In this document: piece after piece, positions 46,705-55,893 of the stretch
How positions within the stretch are numbered: position 1 is the first letter of the stretch
Layout: each line of letters begins with the position of its first letter
Origin: Novosphingobium sp.
Lineage (GTDB): Bacteria; Pseudomonadota; Alphaproteobacteria; Sphingomonadales; Sphingomonadaceae
Length of the DNA stretch: 64,000 nucleotides
Direction: 5' to 3'
Assembly: GCA_041909515.1 (NCBI GenBank)
Contig: JAYRDH010000008.1
Location: 905 to 64,904, forward strand
Notes under the pieces: generated by a model
Told to the model about the DNA's origin: nothing
Seen by the model: the letters and a program-made list of their open reading frames with translations, nothing else
Databases searched by the model: none
Translations under genes and position numbers: made by a program

Positions 46705-46899
46705 TCAGGCCAACGACAGCAGCCAGCGCACGATCGCGCCGAACAGCGAGTCCACGCCAAGGAAGAAGACGGCGAGGATCACCATCAGGATGCCCACGAA
46801 GATCGCGGTGGTGACGGTTTCCTGCCGCGTCGGCCAGACGACCTTGCGGGCTTCCGCCTGAACCTGACGCATGAATTCGCCGGGATTGAACTTGGCCAT
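46705..46899 (-). CDS. secE: Preprotein translocase subunit SecE
   Basis: EARKVVWPTRQET plus a single TM helix; upstream of nusG. Confidence 0.96.
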   Translation of the reverse strand: MAKFNPGEFMRQVQAEARKVVWPTRQETVTTAIFVGILMVILAVFFLGVDSLFGAIVRWLLSLA

Positions 46900-47032
46900 G
46901 GCAACTCAGCCCGTGCTGTTGAACGAAAAAACTAAAACCGTCCGCCGCGCCGGGAACAGCACCGCCCCGGCGCCCTCAGGAAGGGCTGCCGGGGTGGTGA
47001 ATGTTCTCCGATGTCGGAAGACACTCGCGCAC

Positions 47033-48535
47033 TTAGCTACCGCGCGGCGGTTTTGCAAGCTTGGCCAGGAAGGTGCCTTGCGCACGTTTCACGATGACCG
47101 CGCCCTTGGGCAGGCTGACCGGGTCATCCCGCCCGATGTACCACAGCCAGTCCGCCTCATGCGCGGGGCCATACTTGGCCAGTTCGATCGGCCGCCCCGG
47201 AAACCGCAGCAGGCGGTGATAAGGGTCGCGGTAAAAGGGGCCGCCCTGCTTGATGGTGATCATATGCACCTTGGGCAGCGCGAAATTGGAATTGTTCAGC
47301 GCATCCAGCCGGACGATCGACCAGGCGCCGACGTGCTCCTGCGGGTTATAGCCCCACTCGCTGCGCTCGGTCACGACCAGGCTGGCCACTTTCGCGCCGC
47401 GCGGCAGATCCTCGATCATGGTCAGCAGCCGCGCGGTGTGCTGCGATTCGCGGTACCAGTCCGCCGTGGTCAGCCCCAGCCGCCCCAGGAACAGCAGCGG
47501 CGCCAGCAGCAGCAGCCAGCGCGGCGTGCGCCAGGCCAGCGCCAGACAGCCGACCATCAGCCCGGTATAGATCATCCGCGCGTCGACCAGGTCGCCGCCG
47601 AAGATATGGCGCGGCATCACCACCGCCAGCCCCAGCATCGCCACGGCCGCCCACCCCAGCCGCCCGTCCAGCCGCCGGAAACACAGCGACAGGAACAGGA
47701 CCGCGCCGATCAGGATCGCGCTGGCATAGTCCAGCCACTCGATCTGATCCTTCATCGCCTGCTTCCAGATCGTCCATTTATAGGTCAGCGCGTTGGTGCC
47801 ATAGGACGCCAGTTCCTTGGTCCCTTCCCCCGCGAACAGCGTGGTCAGGAACGGCGCCATCAGCGGCCATGGGGCCAGGAAGGGGCGCCAGCTCTTTTCG
47901 CGGTGCCATTCGTACCCGAACACCATCACGCCCAGCGCGCCCCAGCCCGACACGTGGCACAGCCACACGCCCAGCCCGATCGGCACGAACAGCGGCTCGC
48001 GCCAGCGCTTGCCTTCCAGCCGCACCCACAGCGCGAATGCGAACAGCGCGCCGGCCAGCGACAGACCGAAGTTGAGGAAGCCCAGCAGCATCGCCGGGGA
48101 CCAGACAAAGCACAGCGCCAGCATCGTTCCCACGCCGATCCGCCGCCGCAGCGTCCATTCAACCGCGATGATGCCAAGGCCCGTGGACAGCACCGTCAGC
48201 CCGGCCACGACCCGCCCCGCCGCCTCGATCCCGAACAGCTTGGCGAACGGCCAGATCAGCAGGTCCGCCCCCAGATTGCCCATCAGGTGCCACTGGAAGC
48301 CGTAGTATTCCTTCAGGAACGGGCTTTCCGCCCGGTCGAGCATGATGTGGTAGCGCGCCAGGTGCGCGGCATAGTCCACCATCTGCGGATAACGCGCCAC
48401 CAGCACCGGCAGGCAGGCCAGCACTGCCAGCGCAATGGCGAACCACAGGCTTTGCCGCGGGGAAAATTCACCCGTCCACCACGACCGGCTGCCGCCCCCC
48501 GTACTGAACTGCTCGGAAGGAGGTTCGGCGGACAT
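47033..48535 (-). CDS. Polytopic membrane protein, probable GT-C-fold glycosyltransferase
   Basis: TM1 followed by the loop YPQMVDYAAHLARY, about 10-11 TM helices (GFLNF, LCHVSG) and a C-terminal soluble domain. Confidence 0.6.
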   Translation of the reverse strand: MSAEPPSEQFSTGGGSRSWWTGEFSPRQSLWFAIALAVLACLPVLVARYPQMVDYAAHLARYHIMLDRAESPFLKEYYGFQWHLMGNLGADLLIWPFAKLFGIEAAGRVVAGLTVLSTGLGIIAVEWTLRRRIGVGTMLALCFVWSPAMLLGFLNFGLSLAGALFAFALWVRLEGKRWREPLFVPIGLGVWLCHVSGWGALGVMVFGYEWHREKSWRPFLAPWPLMAPFLTTLFAGEGTKELASYGTNALTYKWTIWKQAMKDQIEWLDYASAILIGAVLFLSLCFRRLDGRLGWAAVAMLGLAVVMPRHIFGGDLVDARMIYTGLMVGCLALAWRTPRWLLLLAPLLFLGRLGLTTADWYRESQHTARLLTMIEDLPRGAKVASLVVTERSEWGYNPQEHVGAWSIVRLDALNNSNFALPKVHMITIKQGGPFYRDPYHRLLRFPGRPIELAKYGPAHEADWLWYIGRDDPVSLPKGAVIVKRAQGTFLAKLAKPPRGS

Positions 48536-48568
48536 CGGCTCAAATCTGGCTGGGGGGATGGACAGCGC

Positions 48569-48644
48569 TGGCAGGAGTGGCAGGATTCGAACCCGCGGCC
48601 CTCGGTTTTGGAGACCGATGCTCTACCAACTGAGCTACACTCCT
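48569..48644 (-). tRNA. tRNA-Trp (anticodon CCA)
   Basis: AGGAGTGTAGCTCAGTTGGTAGAGCA-TCGGT-CTCCAAA-ACCGA...GGTTCGAATCC, encoded CCA; 76 nt. Confidence 0.97.
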
Positions 48645-48742
48645 GCAGGCGGAAGCGGCCACTATACCGAGTTTTCGCCGATGGCAAGGCGCGCCGCGCA
48701 TTTATTCTCCCGGTCCGCCACCGGCTCTGCTAATCTGCCGCC

Positions 48743-49522
48743 GTGCACGCCCCCGCAACCCCGCCACCGCTCGACCCGGACCTGCTGATGCTGGCCTATC
48801 GCAGCGGCGTGTTCCCGATGTCCGACGCGCGCGACGATCCGAACGTGTTCTGGGTGGAGCCGCGCCACCGCGCGATCCTGCCGCTGGACGGGCTGAAAGT
48901 GTCACGTACGCTGGCCCGCACGTTGCGCCGGGGCAAGTTCCGCGTGACCTGCAACGCCGCCTTTGCCGAGGTCATGGCCGGATGCGCCGCCCCCCGGCGC
49001 GAGACGGACGATACCTGGATCAGCGGACGGATCACCGCCAGCTACCTGCTGCTGCACCAGCTGGGACACGCCCATTCGATCGAATGCTGGCAAGGCGATG
49101 AACTGGTCGGCGGGCTATACGGCGTGGGGTTTGACCGGGTGTTCTGCGGCGAATCGATGTTCAGCCGCGTACCGGACGCCTCCAAGGTCGCGCTGTGCTG
49201 GCTGGTCGCGGCGCTGCGCCATGCGAATGCCACGCTGCTGGACTGCCAGTTCATGACCGAACACCTCGCCTCACTGGGCGCGGTTGAAATCAGCCAGGCG
49301 GAGTATCTGGTGCGGCTGCGCGCGGCTCAGAGCGCGACGGACGGCGCGGGGGCGGCGGCGCTGGGCGATGGCGTGGGCGACGGGCTGGCCGACGGCTTGG
49401 GCGTCGGCGCGGGCGTGGCGCTGCCCGATGGCTTTGCCGCGCTGCTGGCAGCGGCGGCGGCGGCGGGATCTTCCTCCTCGCCGGGGAACTTCATCGCGCA
49501 GTCCTTGACCCAGACGTCATAG
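48743..49522 (+). CDS. aat: Leucyl/phenylalanyl-tRNA--protein transferase
   Basis: LLMLAYRSGVFPM, HSIECW...LVGGLYGV, FCGESMFS, DASKVAL, DCQFMTEHLASLGA; about 65-aa extra tail. Confidence 0.95.
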   Translation: MHAPATPPPLDPDLLMLAYRSGVFPMSDARDDPNVFWVEPRHRAILPLDGLKVSRTLARTLRRGKFRVTCNAAFAEVMAGCAAPRRETDDTWISGRITASYLLLHQLGHAHSIECWQGDELVGGLYGVGFDRVFCGESMFSRVPDASKVALCWLVAALRHANATLLDCQFMTEHLASLGAVEISQAEYLVRLRAAQSATDGAGAAALGDGVGDGLADGLGVGAGVALPDGFAALLAAAAAAGSSSSPGNFIAQSLTQTS

Positions 49523-49956
49523 ACGGGGTGCTCCACCACGTTGAGCGAGGGTGAGTTCTTGAACAGCCAGCCGGAGAAAACCTTGCGCCATTGCAGCGCC
49601 TGATCGGCCGCGGCGCGTTCCTCGATGAAGACCTGCACGAAGGCGCCGGTTTCGGGCGGGCTTTCCCACGGCAGGGTCCGCTCGCAACTGGCCAGACGGA
49701 CGATCACGTTGCCCACGCGGCGCGATTCGCCCGGCTTCATCACCAGGTCCTGAGTCAGGTTGTTGCGCTTGTTGAGCAGGCCGATGGTCGCCACCCGGTC
49801 TTTCACCGGGGTGCCATATTCGCTTTCCACCACCGGCGCGGCGGCCTGATCAGCCACGGCCTTGGGAATGTCGGTGGGGGCAGGCTGCGCATCGTCGCTA
49901 CCGCCCGAACAGGCGGCCAGCAAAAGCAATCCGACAGGGGCCAGCGCCCGCTTCAC
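49327..49956 (-). CDS. DUF2155-family lipoprotein
   Basis: Lipobox LLAAC; GLLNKR, CERT.PWE, FSGW.F..SPSLNVVEHPVYDVWVKDC; Pro/Ser/Ala tail. Confidence 0.85.
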   Translation of the reverse strand: MKRALAPVGLLLLAACSGGSDDAQPAPTDIPKAVADQAAAPVVESEYGTPVKDRVATIGLLNKRNNLTQDLVMKPGESRRVGNVIVRLASCERTLPWESPPETGAFVQVFIEERAAADQALQWRKVFSGWLFKNSPSLNVVEHPVYDVWVKDCAMKFPGEEEDPAAAAAASSAAKPSGSATPAPTPKPSASPSPTPSPSAAAPAPSVAL

Positions 49957-49959
49957 GCC

Positions 49960-50373
49960 TCAGGCGTCCGGGGTCCAGGCTTCGTAGTCGCCAGTTGCCG
50001 CCGCGCGCTTGCCGCCGCGCTCCAGCGCGCCTTGCGGGCGATAAGCGGCCTGCGTGCCGGTGGCGTTGGGGGTGAAATCAGCCTCCCAGATGCGCGGCGG
50101 GGGCAGAAAGCTTTCCGGCACGCCATCATAGCTGCCGTGCAGCCAGCCGTGCCATTCGGCCGGAACCCGGCTGGCGTCGTTGGCGCCGTTGTAGATCACC
50201 CAGCGGCGCTCGCTGCCGCCGAACGGCTGGCCCGCCGCGCGGCGCTTCTTGGCGCGGTAATACTTGTTACCCTGCGCGTCGGTGCCAACGTGTTCGCCGG
50301 TGAACGCGCTGTTGAGCATGGTGCCAATGGTGGCGCCGTCCCACCAGGTGAAGATCTTGCCGAGGATTCCCAT
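49960..50373 (-). CDS. NADH:ubiquinone oxidoreductase accessory subunit NDUFA12-like
   Basis: GEHVGTDAQGNKYY, RRWVIYNG, SRVPAEWHGWLH, NATGT..AYRP, YEAWTP. Confidence 0.93.
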   Translation of the reverse strand: MGILGKIFTWWDGATIGTMLNSAFTGEHVGTDAQGNKYYRAKKRRAAGQPFGGSERRWVIYNGANDASRVPAEWHGWLHGSYDGVPESFLPPPRIWEADFTPNATGTQAAYRPQGALERGGKRAAATGDYEAWTPDA

Positions 50374-50441
50374 GCGCGCCGCCTAGCCCAATTGCAGCGC
50401 GGGGGAAAGGGGCCGGTGCAGGCTTTTCCGCGCCCGGTACA

Positions 50442-50927
50442 TTACCAGCTGACCTTGTCGCCCGGCTTCAGCCCCAGCTGCGCCGCACGGCCCCCGTTGA
50501 GTTCCAGCACCGCGATCACCAGCCCGACCGAGCGCAGCGGGCTTTCATCATACGGCACGGCATTGGCGGCGATATTGCTGATCCGCCCGTCGACGCCGAC
50601 GAAAATCAGGTCGAGCGGGATCACCGTGTTGCGCATCCAGAAACTGGCGCCGCGCGGCGGGTTCATCGGGAACAGCATCCCTTCATCCGCGCCCATGGCG
50701 GTGCGGAACATCAGCCCGCGCGCCTGTTCCTGCCCCGTGCGGGCCAGTTCGACGCGAAAGGCATGGACCTTGTCACCACTGGTGACGGTCAACGGCACCA
50801 CCGCCAGCCCCGACACCGGGTGCACCGAGGGCGCGGCCTGAGTCGATCCCGGCGCGGCTTCCGAGGCGTTGGGCGAACAGGCCGCCAATGCCAGAATTGT
50901 CGCCGCGATCAGACACTTGCGCATCAT
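50442..50927 (-). CDS. DUF192-family lipoprotein
   Basis: Lipobox LAAC; VELA...QARGLMFR, GMLF, FWMRNTVIPLDLIF, VLELNGG. Confidence 0.92.
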   Translation of the reverse strand: MMRKCLIAATILALAACSPNASEAAPGSTQAAPSVHPVSGLAVVPLTVTSGDKVHAFRVELARTGQEQARGLMFRTAMGADEGMLFPMNPPRGASFWMRNTVIPLDLIFVGVDGRISNIAANAVPYDESPLRSVGLVIAVLELNGGRAAQLGLKPGDKVSW

Positions 50928-51469
50928 TCTTCCCCATCCAGTTCCGCTGCCCAGCGTTCGGCTGCCGCGATGCTGGGGGCATTCACCAATTCGCGCGCGC
51001 TGTCCAGCGGGTGCCCGGCGCGCAGCATCGCGGCCAGCTGCTTTTCCCGAACCGCCCGGTCGGCGCCGTCCGGCCCGAACGGCCCGATCCGCCGCTTGCG
51101 GGCCAGCGCCAGCGCGGCGCGGCGCTGTTCGGCCGGGGCAGCGCGCACTTCGGCCCGCACATCTTCGGCAATGCCGGCCGCGTCCAGCGCCTGCCCGATC
51201 CGCCGCACGCCATAGCCGCGCCGCAGCAGGCTGCCGGTGCGGGCGCGGGCGAACACGGCATCGTCGATATAGCCCGCCGCCACGAACCGCGCGACGATCT
51301 CTGCCACAGGTGCCGCGCCCTCCCCGTCCCAACCGCGCTCGCGCAGTTTGCGGCGCAAGTAACCGTCCAGTTTCGCGGCGCTGGTGGCAAAGCGCGCGAC
51401 ATAGGCCAGCGCCAGTTCTTCCAGCCGGGGGGCGTCAAGTGGCCGGGGATTGCGACGGGTCTGGGTCAT
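50924..51469 (-). CDS. recX: Regulatory protein RecX
   Basis: ALAYVARFATS...YLRRKL, YIDDAVFAR...LLRRGYG.RRI, R.LAAMLRAGH. Confidence 0.88.
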   Translation of the reverse strand: MTQTRRNPRPLDAPRLEELALAYVARFATSAAKLDGYLRRKLRERGWDGEGAAPVAEIVARFVAAGYIDDAVFARARTGSLLRRGYGVRRIGQALDAAGIAEDVRAEVRAAPAEQRRAALALARKRRIGPFGPDGADRAVREKQLAAMLRAGHPLDSARELVNAPSIAAAERWAAELDGEE

Positions 51470-51609
51470 GGTTGGCCTTATTCGTGCCATAGTATGCGGC
51501 AAATGGGGAGGCTGGACCGCGAAGTTTGAGGGTTTCGCGCAGGACTTGAACATGGGAGCGATGCTGAAATGCAGCACAAATCCCTGAAAAACAAACGGGT
51601 TAACGCACG

Positions 51610-53370
51610 ATGATTGATGCCGCCACAACCGTGACGAGTGCATCCGGCCAACTGGTCCCCACCCCGAACGAGGACGATCATCCGCGCCGGTTCGCGGATT
51701 TTTCCACGTTTGGCGAGGCGCTGGACTATGCCGCGCAGGGCAAGCGCGGGTTCAATTTCCACGATCCGCGCGGCAATCTGGCCCGCGTTTATCCTTTCAG
51801 CGAATTGCGCAGCGACGCACTGGTCATGGCCCGCCGCCTGATCGCGCACGGCGTTCGCAAGCATGACCGCATTGCCATGGTCGCCGAAACCGGGCCGGAA
51901 TTCGCCGCATTGTTTTGCGGCGCGATCTATGCCGGGGCCTGGCCGGTGCCGCTGCCGCTGCCGACCAGCTTTGGCGGCAAGGAAAGCTATATCGATCAGC
52001 TGGCGGTGCAGCTGCAAAGCAGCGATCCCTCGATCCTGTTCTACCCCGCCGAAATCGCCGAAATGGCCGGGGCCGCCGCAGCCCGTCAGGGGTGTGAAGG
52101 GATTGCCTGGCAGGACTTCGCCGATGCCCCCGCGCCGGACTGCGAACTGCCCATCGCGCACCCGGATGACATCTGCTATCTGCAATATTCCAGCGGATCG
52201 ACCCGGTTCCCGCATGGCGTGGCGGTGACCCACGCATCCCTGCTCAACAACCTGGCCGGGCACAGCCACGGGATGAAGATCCAGCAGTCCGACCGCTGCG
52301 TCAGCTGGCTGCCGTGGTATCACGACATGGGGCTGGTCGGCTGCTTCCTGTCGCTGATCGCCAACCAGATTTCCGCCGACTACCTCAAGACCGAGGATTT
52401 CGCCCGCCGTCCGCTGGCCTGGCTCGACATGATCAGCCGCAATCCCGGCACCTCGTGCAGCTATTCGCCCACGTTCGGCTATGACATCTGCGCGCGCCGC
52501 ATTTCCAGCCAGAGCAATGTCGCCGAACGGTTTGACCTGTCGCGCTGGCGGATCGCCGGCAACGGCGCGGACATGATCCGCCCCGACGTGATGCAAAGCT
52601 TCGTCAACGCCTTTGCTGGCGCCGGGTTCAAGGCCAGCGCCTTCCTGCCCAGCTATGGCCTGGCCGAGGCGACGCTGGCGGTCACGATCATGCCGCCGGG
52701 CGAAGGCATCCGCGTCGAGCTGGTCGAGGAAGAGCGCCTGTCCGGTAGCCCGCGCGATCTGTCGCGCCCGGCCCGCTATCGCGCCATCGTCAACTGCGGC
52801 AAAGCGGTCAAGGACATGGACCTCGCCATTCGCGGCGAGCACGGCGAAAGCCTGCCCGATCATCACATCGGTAAGGTGTGGTGCAAGGGGCCGTCGGTGA
52901 TGCATTCCTACTTCCGTGATCCGGAAAGCACCGCCGAATGTCTGGTCGATGGCTGGCTGGATACCGGCGACATGGGCTACATGGTCGATGGCTACCTGTT
53001 CATCGTCGGCCGGGCGAAGGACATGATCATCATCAACGGCAAAAACCACTGGCCGCAGGACATCGAATGGGCAGTGGAACAGCTGCCCGGCTTCCATCAG
53101 GGCGATATTGCCGCATTCTCGGTTGAGAATGACAGCGGTGAGGAAGTGCCCGCCGTGCTGGTCCACTGCCGGGTCAGCGATCCGGAAGAGCGAGTGAAGC
53201 TGCACAGCCAGATCCGCGACAAGGTCCGTTCGATCACCGGCATGAACTGCGTGGTCGAACTGGTCCCGCCGCGCACCTTGCCGCGCACATCGTCGGGCAA
53301 GCTCAGCCGCGCCAAGGCCAAGAAGCTGTACCTGTCGGGCGAGATCGCGCCGTTCGATCTGGCCGCCTGA
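51610..53370 (+). CDS. Stand-alone fatty acyl-AMP ligase (FAAL)
   Basis: YLQYSSGSTRFPHGV, SWLPWYHDMGLVG, SYGLAEATL followed by a FAAL-type insertion, DTGDMG, GRAKD, RTSSGK. Confidence 0.92.
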   Translation: MIDAATTVTSASGQLVPTPNEDDHPRRFADFSTFGEALDYAAQGKRGFNFHDPRGNLARVYPFSELRSDALVMARRLIAHGVRKHDRIAMVAETGPEFAALFCGAIYAGAWPVPLPLPTSFGGKESYIDQLAVQLQSSDPSILFYPAEIAEMAGAAAARQGCEGIAWQDFADAPAPDCELPIAHPDDICYLQYSSGSTRFPHGVAVTHASLLNNLAGHSHGMKIQQSDRCVSWLPWYHDMGLVGCFLSLIANQISADYLKTEDFARRPLAWLDMISRNPGTSCSYSPTFGYDICARRISSQSNVAERFDLSRWRIAGNGADMIRPDVMQSFVNAFAGAGFKASAFLPSYGLAEATLAVTIMPPGEGIRVELVEEERLSGSPRDLSRPARYRAIVNCGKAVKDMDLAIRGEHGESLPDHHIGKVWCKGPSVMHSYFRDPESTAECLVDGWLDTGDMGYMVDGYLFIVGRAKDMIIINGKNHWPQDIEWAVEQLPGFHQGDIAAFSVENDSGEEVPAVLVHCRVSDPEERVKLHSQIRDKVRSITGMNCVVELVPPRTLPRTSSGKLSRAKAKKLYLSGEIAPFDLAA

Positions 53371-53508
53371 GCGCGGGCAGCCCCAACCTATCCGCATGGG
53401 CGGCAGGCTTCACGGCTTGCCGCCCGTGTCTTATCCCGCTAATACAGCTTGCACTGGCGCGCGTGGCACCCCATGTTGCGGCAAGAACCTGATTACCGGG
53501 AAGAACCA

Positions 53509-54714
53509 ATGGCCACCACGCCCACTGCGACCGAGACCCCCACGATCACGCTGACCCCGCCCGATCCGGTGCCAGTGGTCGCGCCCGAACAGGCCGTCGG
53601 GCTGGTGCCCGTTGCGCCGGAAGCGAAATCGAAGCTGGACGCCAAGGTCGAGGCATTCATTGCCGATCTGGTCGCGTCGGATGCCAATTCGCCCGAATTC
53701 GGCCAGAAGGTCGATCAGATCACCAACATGGGCCGCAAGGAAATCATGGCGGCGGCGGGCATGTCGAACCGCTTTCTCGACCGCCCGGTCCGCGCGATGG
53801 ACAAGGACAACGGCGTGGGCGCCGACCTGGCCGAGCTGCGCCGCACGGTCGAGGAGCTTGATCCCGGCCGCAAGGGCAAGCTTTCTTCGGGGCGCAAGAT
53901 CCTGGGCATCATCCCGTTCGGCAACAGCCTGAAGAAGTATTTCGACAGCTACCAGTCCAGCCAGGGCCACATTCAGGCGATCCTCGCGCGGCTCTCGTCC
54001 GGCAAGGACGAGCTGCTGATGGACAACGCCGCGATCGACGTCGAACGGCAGAAGCTGTGGGAAGCGATGGGCGCGCTGGAGCAGATGATCCACATCAGCC
54101 GCAGCCTTGACCAGCGGCTGGAGGACAAGGCCGCCGATCTGGATGCGACCGACCCGGCCAAAGCCAAGGCGATCCGCGAAACCGCGCTGTTCTATGTCCG
54201 CCAGCGCACGCAGGACCTGCTGACGCAGATGGCGGTGACGGTGCAGGGCTATCTCGCGCTCGATCTGGTCAAGAAGAACAACGTCGAACTGGTCAAGGGC
54301 GTGGACCGCGCCAGCACCACCACCGTCGGCGCGCTGCGCACGGCGGTGACCGTGGCGCAGGCGATGACCAACCAGCGGCTGGTGCTGCAACAGATCACGG
54401 CGCTGAATGAAACCACCGCCAACATCATCGATTCCACCGGCACGCTGCTGCGCGACCAGACCGGCAAGATCCACGAACAGGCTGCGTCCAGCACGATCCC
54501 GCTGGAAACGCTGCAACGCGCGTTCCAGAATATCTATGACACGATGGACAACATCGACACCTTCAAGCTGAAGGCGCTGGATTCGATGAAGCAGACGGTC
54601 ACCACGCTGACCAGCGAAGTCGAAAAGTCCAAGGGTTACATCGCCCGCGCCGAAGGGGCCGCACAGGCCGCCAAGAGCGCGGACAAGCCCAGCCTGCTGA
54701 GCCTGGAGGGCTGA
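53509..54714 (+). CDS. TelA/KlaA toxic anion resistance family protein
   Basis: Long helical protein, YFDSYQSSQ, ELLMDNAAI, LFYVRQRTQDL, QGYLALDLVKKNN..L..GVDRA.TTTV.ALRTAV. Confidence 0.88.
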   Translation: MATTPTATETPTITLTPPDPVPVVAPEQAVGLVPVAPEAKSKLDAKVEAFIADLVASDANSPEFGQKVDQITNMGRKEIMAAAGMSNRFLDRPVRAMDKDNGVGADLAELRRTVEELDPGRKGKLSSGRKILGIIPFGNSLKKYFDSYQSSQGHIQAILARLSSGKDELLMDNAAIDVERQKLWEAMGALEQMIHISRSLDQRLEDKAADLDATDPAKAKAIRETALFYVRQRTQDLLTQMAVTVQGYLALDLVKKNNVELVKGVDRASTTTVGALRTAVTVAQAMTNQRLVLQQITALNETTANIIDSTGTLLRDQTGKIHEQAASSTIPLETLQRAFQNIYDTMDNIDTFKLKALDSMKQTVTTLTSEVEKSKGYIARAEGAAQAAKSADKPSLLSLEG

Positions 54715-54715
54715 C

Positions 54716-55459
54716 TTGGCCGGGGAAGCCAAAAATTCTGACCTGATCCTGCGCCAGGCGCGCGCGTCGCTGGTCAACCAGCGCGCGGGCGGACGGCGCG
54801 CCGGGTCGATCGGCCAGCGCTCGGCCGCGCTGAAGCGCGAATACCGCCTGCGCAAGCTGATCCGCACCGGCATCGCGGTAACCGGCATCATCTTCGCGGC
54901 CATGGTCGCCGGGCTGGTGATCGACGGGATCGGCGTGGTCGGCGTGATCGTCACCGCGCTGGCAATCTTCACGGCCATTGCGCTGTTCAGCACGTTTCCC
55001 AAACTGAAAGTGCCGGAAATGCGCGACTTGACCGGGGGCGACGTGAAGTCGCTGGTCGGCCGCACGGAACTGTGGCTGGAAAGCCAGCGCCCCGCCCTGC
55101 CCGCCCCCGCGGTGCAGCTGGTTGACCAGATCGGCGTCCAGCTGGATGCGCTGGGCCTGCAACTGGACGGGCTGGATGATCGCCAGCCCGCCGCCGTCGA
55201 AGTGCGCAAGCTGGTGGGTGAACACTTGCCGGGCCTCGTCAATACCTACACCAGCATCCCGCGCCACTTGCGCACCGAACCGCGCGCGGGACGCACCCCG
55301 GATGAGCAGCTGACCGACAGCCTGGGCAAGATCAGCGTCGAGATCGACAGCGTGACCCGCCAGCTGGCCAGCGGTGCGCTGGACAACCTAGCGATCCAGA
55401 CCCGCTATCTTGATTACAAGTACGGCGCGGCGCTGGACGAACCTGAAAAGAACCCCTGA
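54716..55459 (+). CDS. Two-TM membrane protein with helical C-domain (XpaC-like TelA partner)
   Basis: TTG start 1 nt after the telA stop; two TM helices; EVRKLVGEHLPGLV..Y..IP; LAIQTRYL. Confidence 0.65.
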   Translation: MAGEAKNSDLILRQARASLVNQRAGGRRAGSIGQRSAALKREYRLRKLIRTGIAVTGIIFAAMVAGLVIDGIGVVGVIVTALAIFTAIALFSTFPKLKVPEMRDLTGGDVKSLVGRTELWLESQRPALPAPAVQLVDQIGVQLDALGLQLDGLDDRQPAAVEVRKLVGEHLPGLVNTYTSIPRHLRTEPRAGRTPDEQLTDSLGKISVEIDSVTRQLASGALDNLAIQTRYLDYKYGAALDEPEKNP

Positions 55460-55752
55460 TGCGCCTGACCGTTCCCCACACTCTGGGCCGCGAGGCCGCC
55501 GTGGCCCGCATCCGCGCCCGCGAACACGAAATCGCCGACATTCTGCCCAGCATGGCAACCGTCACCACCGCGTGGTCCGGGGACGATCGGCTGGACCTGC
55601 GGGTCGAGGTCATGGGCAAGACCATCCACGGCGCGGTTGAAGTGGGCGACGCCAGCGTCAGTTTTGACTTCGACCTGCCTGCCGCACTGTCTTTCGCCGA
55701 ACCGATGATCCGCGCGGCAGTGGAGCCGAGAGCGCAGAAGCTGCTGGCTTGA
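55459..55752 (+). CDS. Polyhydroxyalkanoic acid system (PHA_gran_rgn) family protein
   Basis: VPHTLGREAAVARI, W.GDD, G.V.V....V..DFDLP pattern; TGATG overlap with the upstream gene. Confidence 0.7.
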   Translation: MRLTVPHTLGREAAVARIRAREHEIADILPSMATVTTAWSGDDRLDLRVEVMGKTIHGAVEVGDASVSFDFDLPAALSFAEPMIRAAVEPRAQKLLA

Positions 55753-55892
55753 TTCCTCCCCCTTGGGGGAGGGAACCATGCGCAGCATGGTGGAGGGGCA
55801 CAGGCGGTTAAGCGCGCCCCGGCGATAAATTGTTCGCTGGCACCGGCCCCTCCACCACCTGCGGTGGTCCCCCTCCCCTTTTCGGGGAGGAA
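55753..55892. repeat. Palindromic intergenic element C
   Basis: ttcctccccc...gggaaccatgcgcagcatggtggagggg on the left and cccctccaccacc...ggtggtccccctcccc...ggggaggaa on the right; shares the GCAG-loop hairpin with A and B. Confidence 0.85.
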
Positions 55893-55893
55893 G

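Noticed and set aside
46900-48644. Genomic island integrated at tRNA-Trp (also checked tRNA-Leu and tRNA-Val)
   Set aside because: No integrase, no duplicated tRNA 3' end and no compositional shift.
51599-51604. GTTAAC upstream of the FAAL (and at 13867 upstream of clpP) as CtrA sites
   Set aside because: Half-sites only; no second TTAA at 7-nt spacing.
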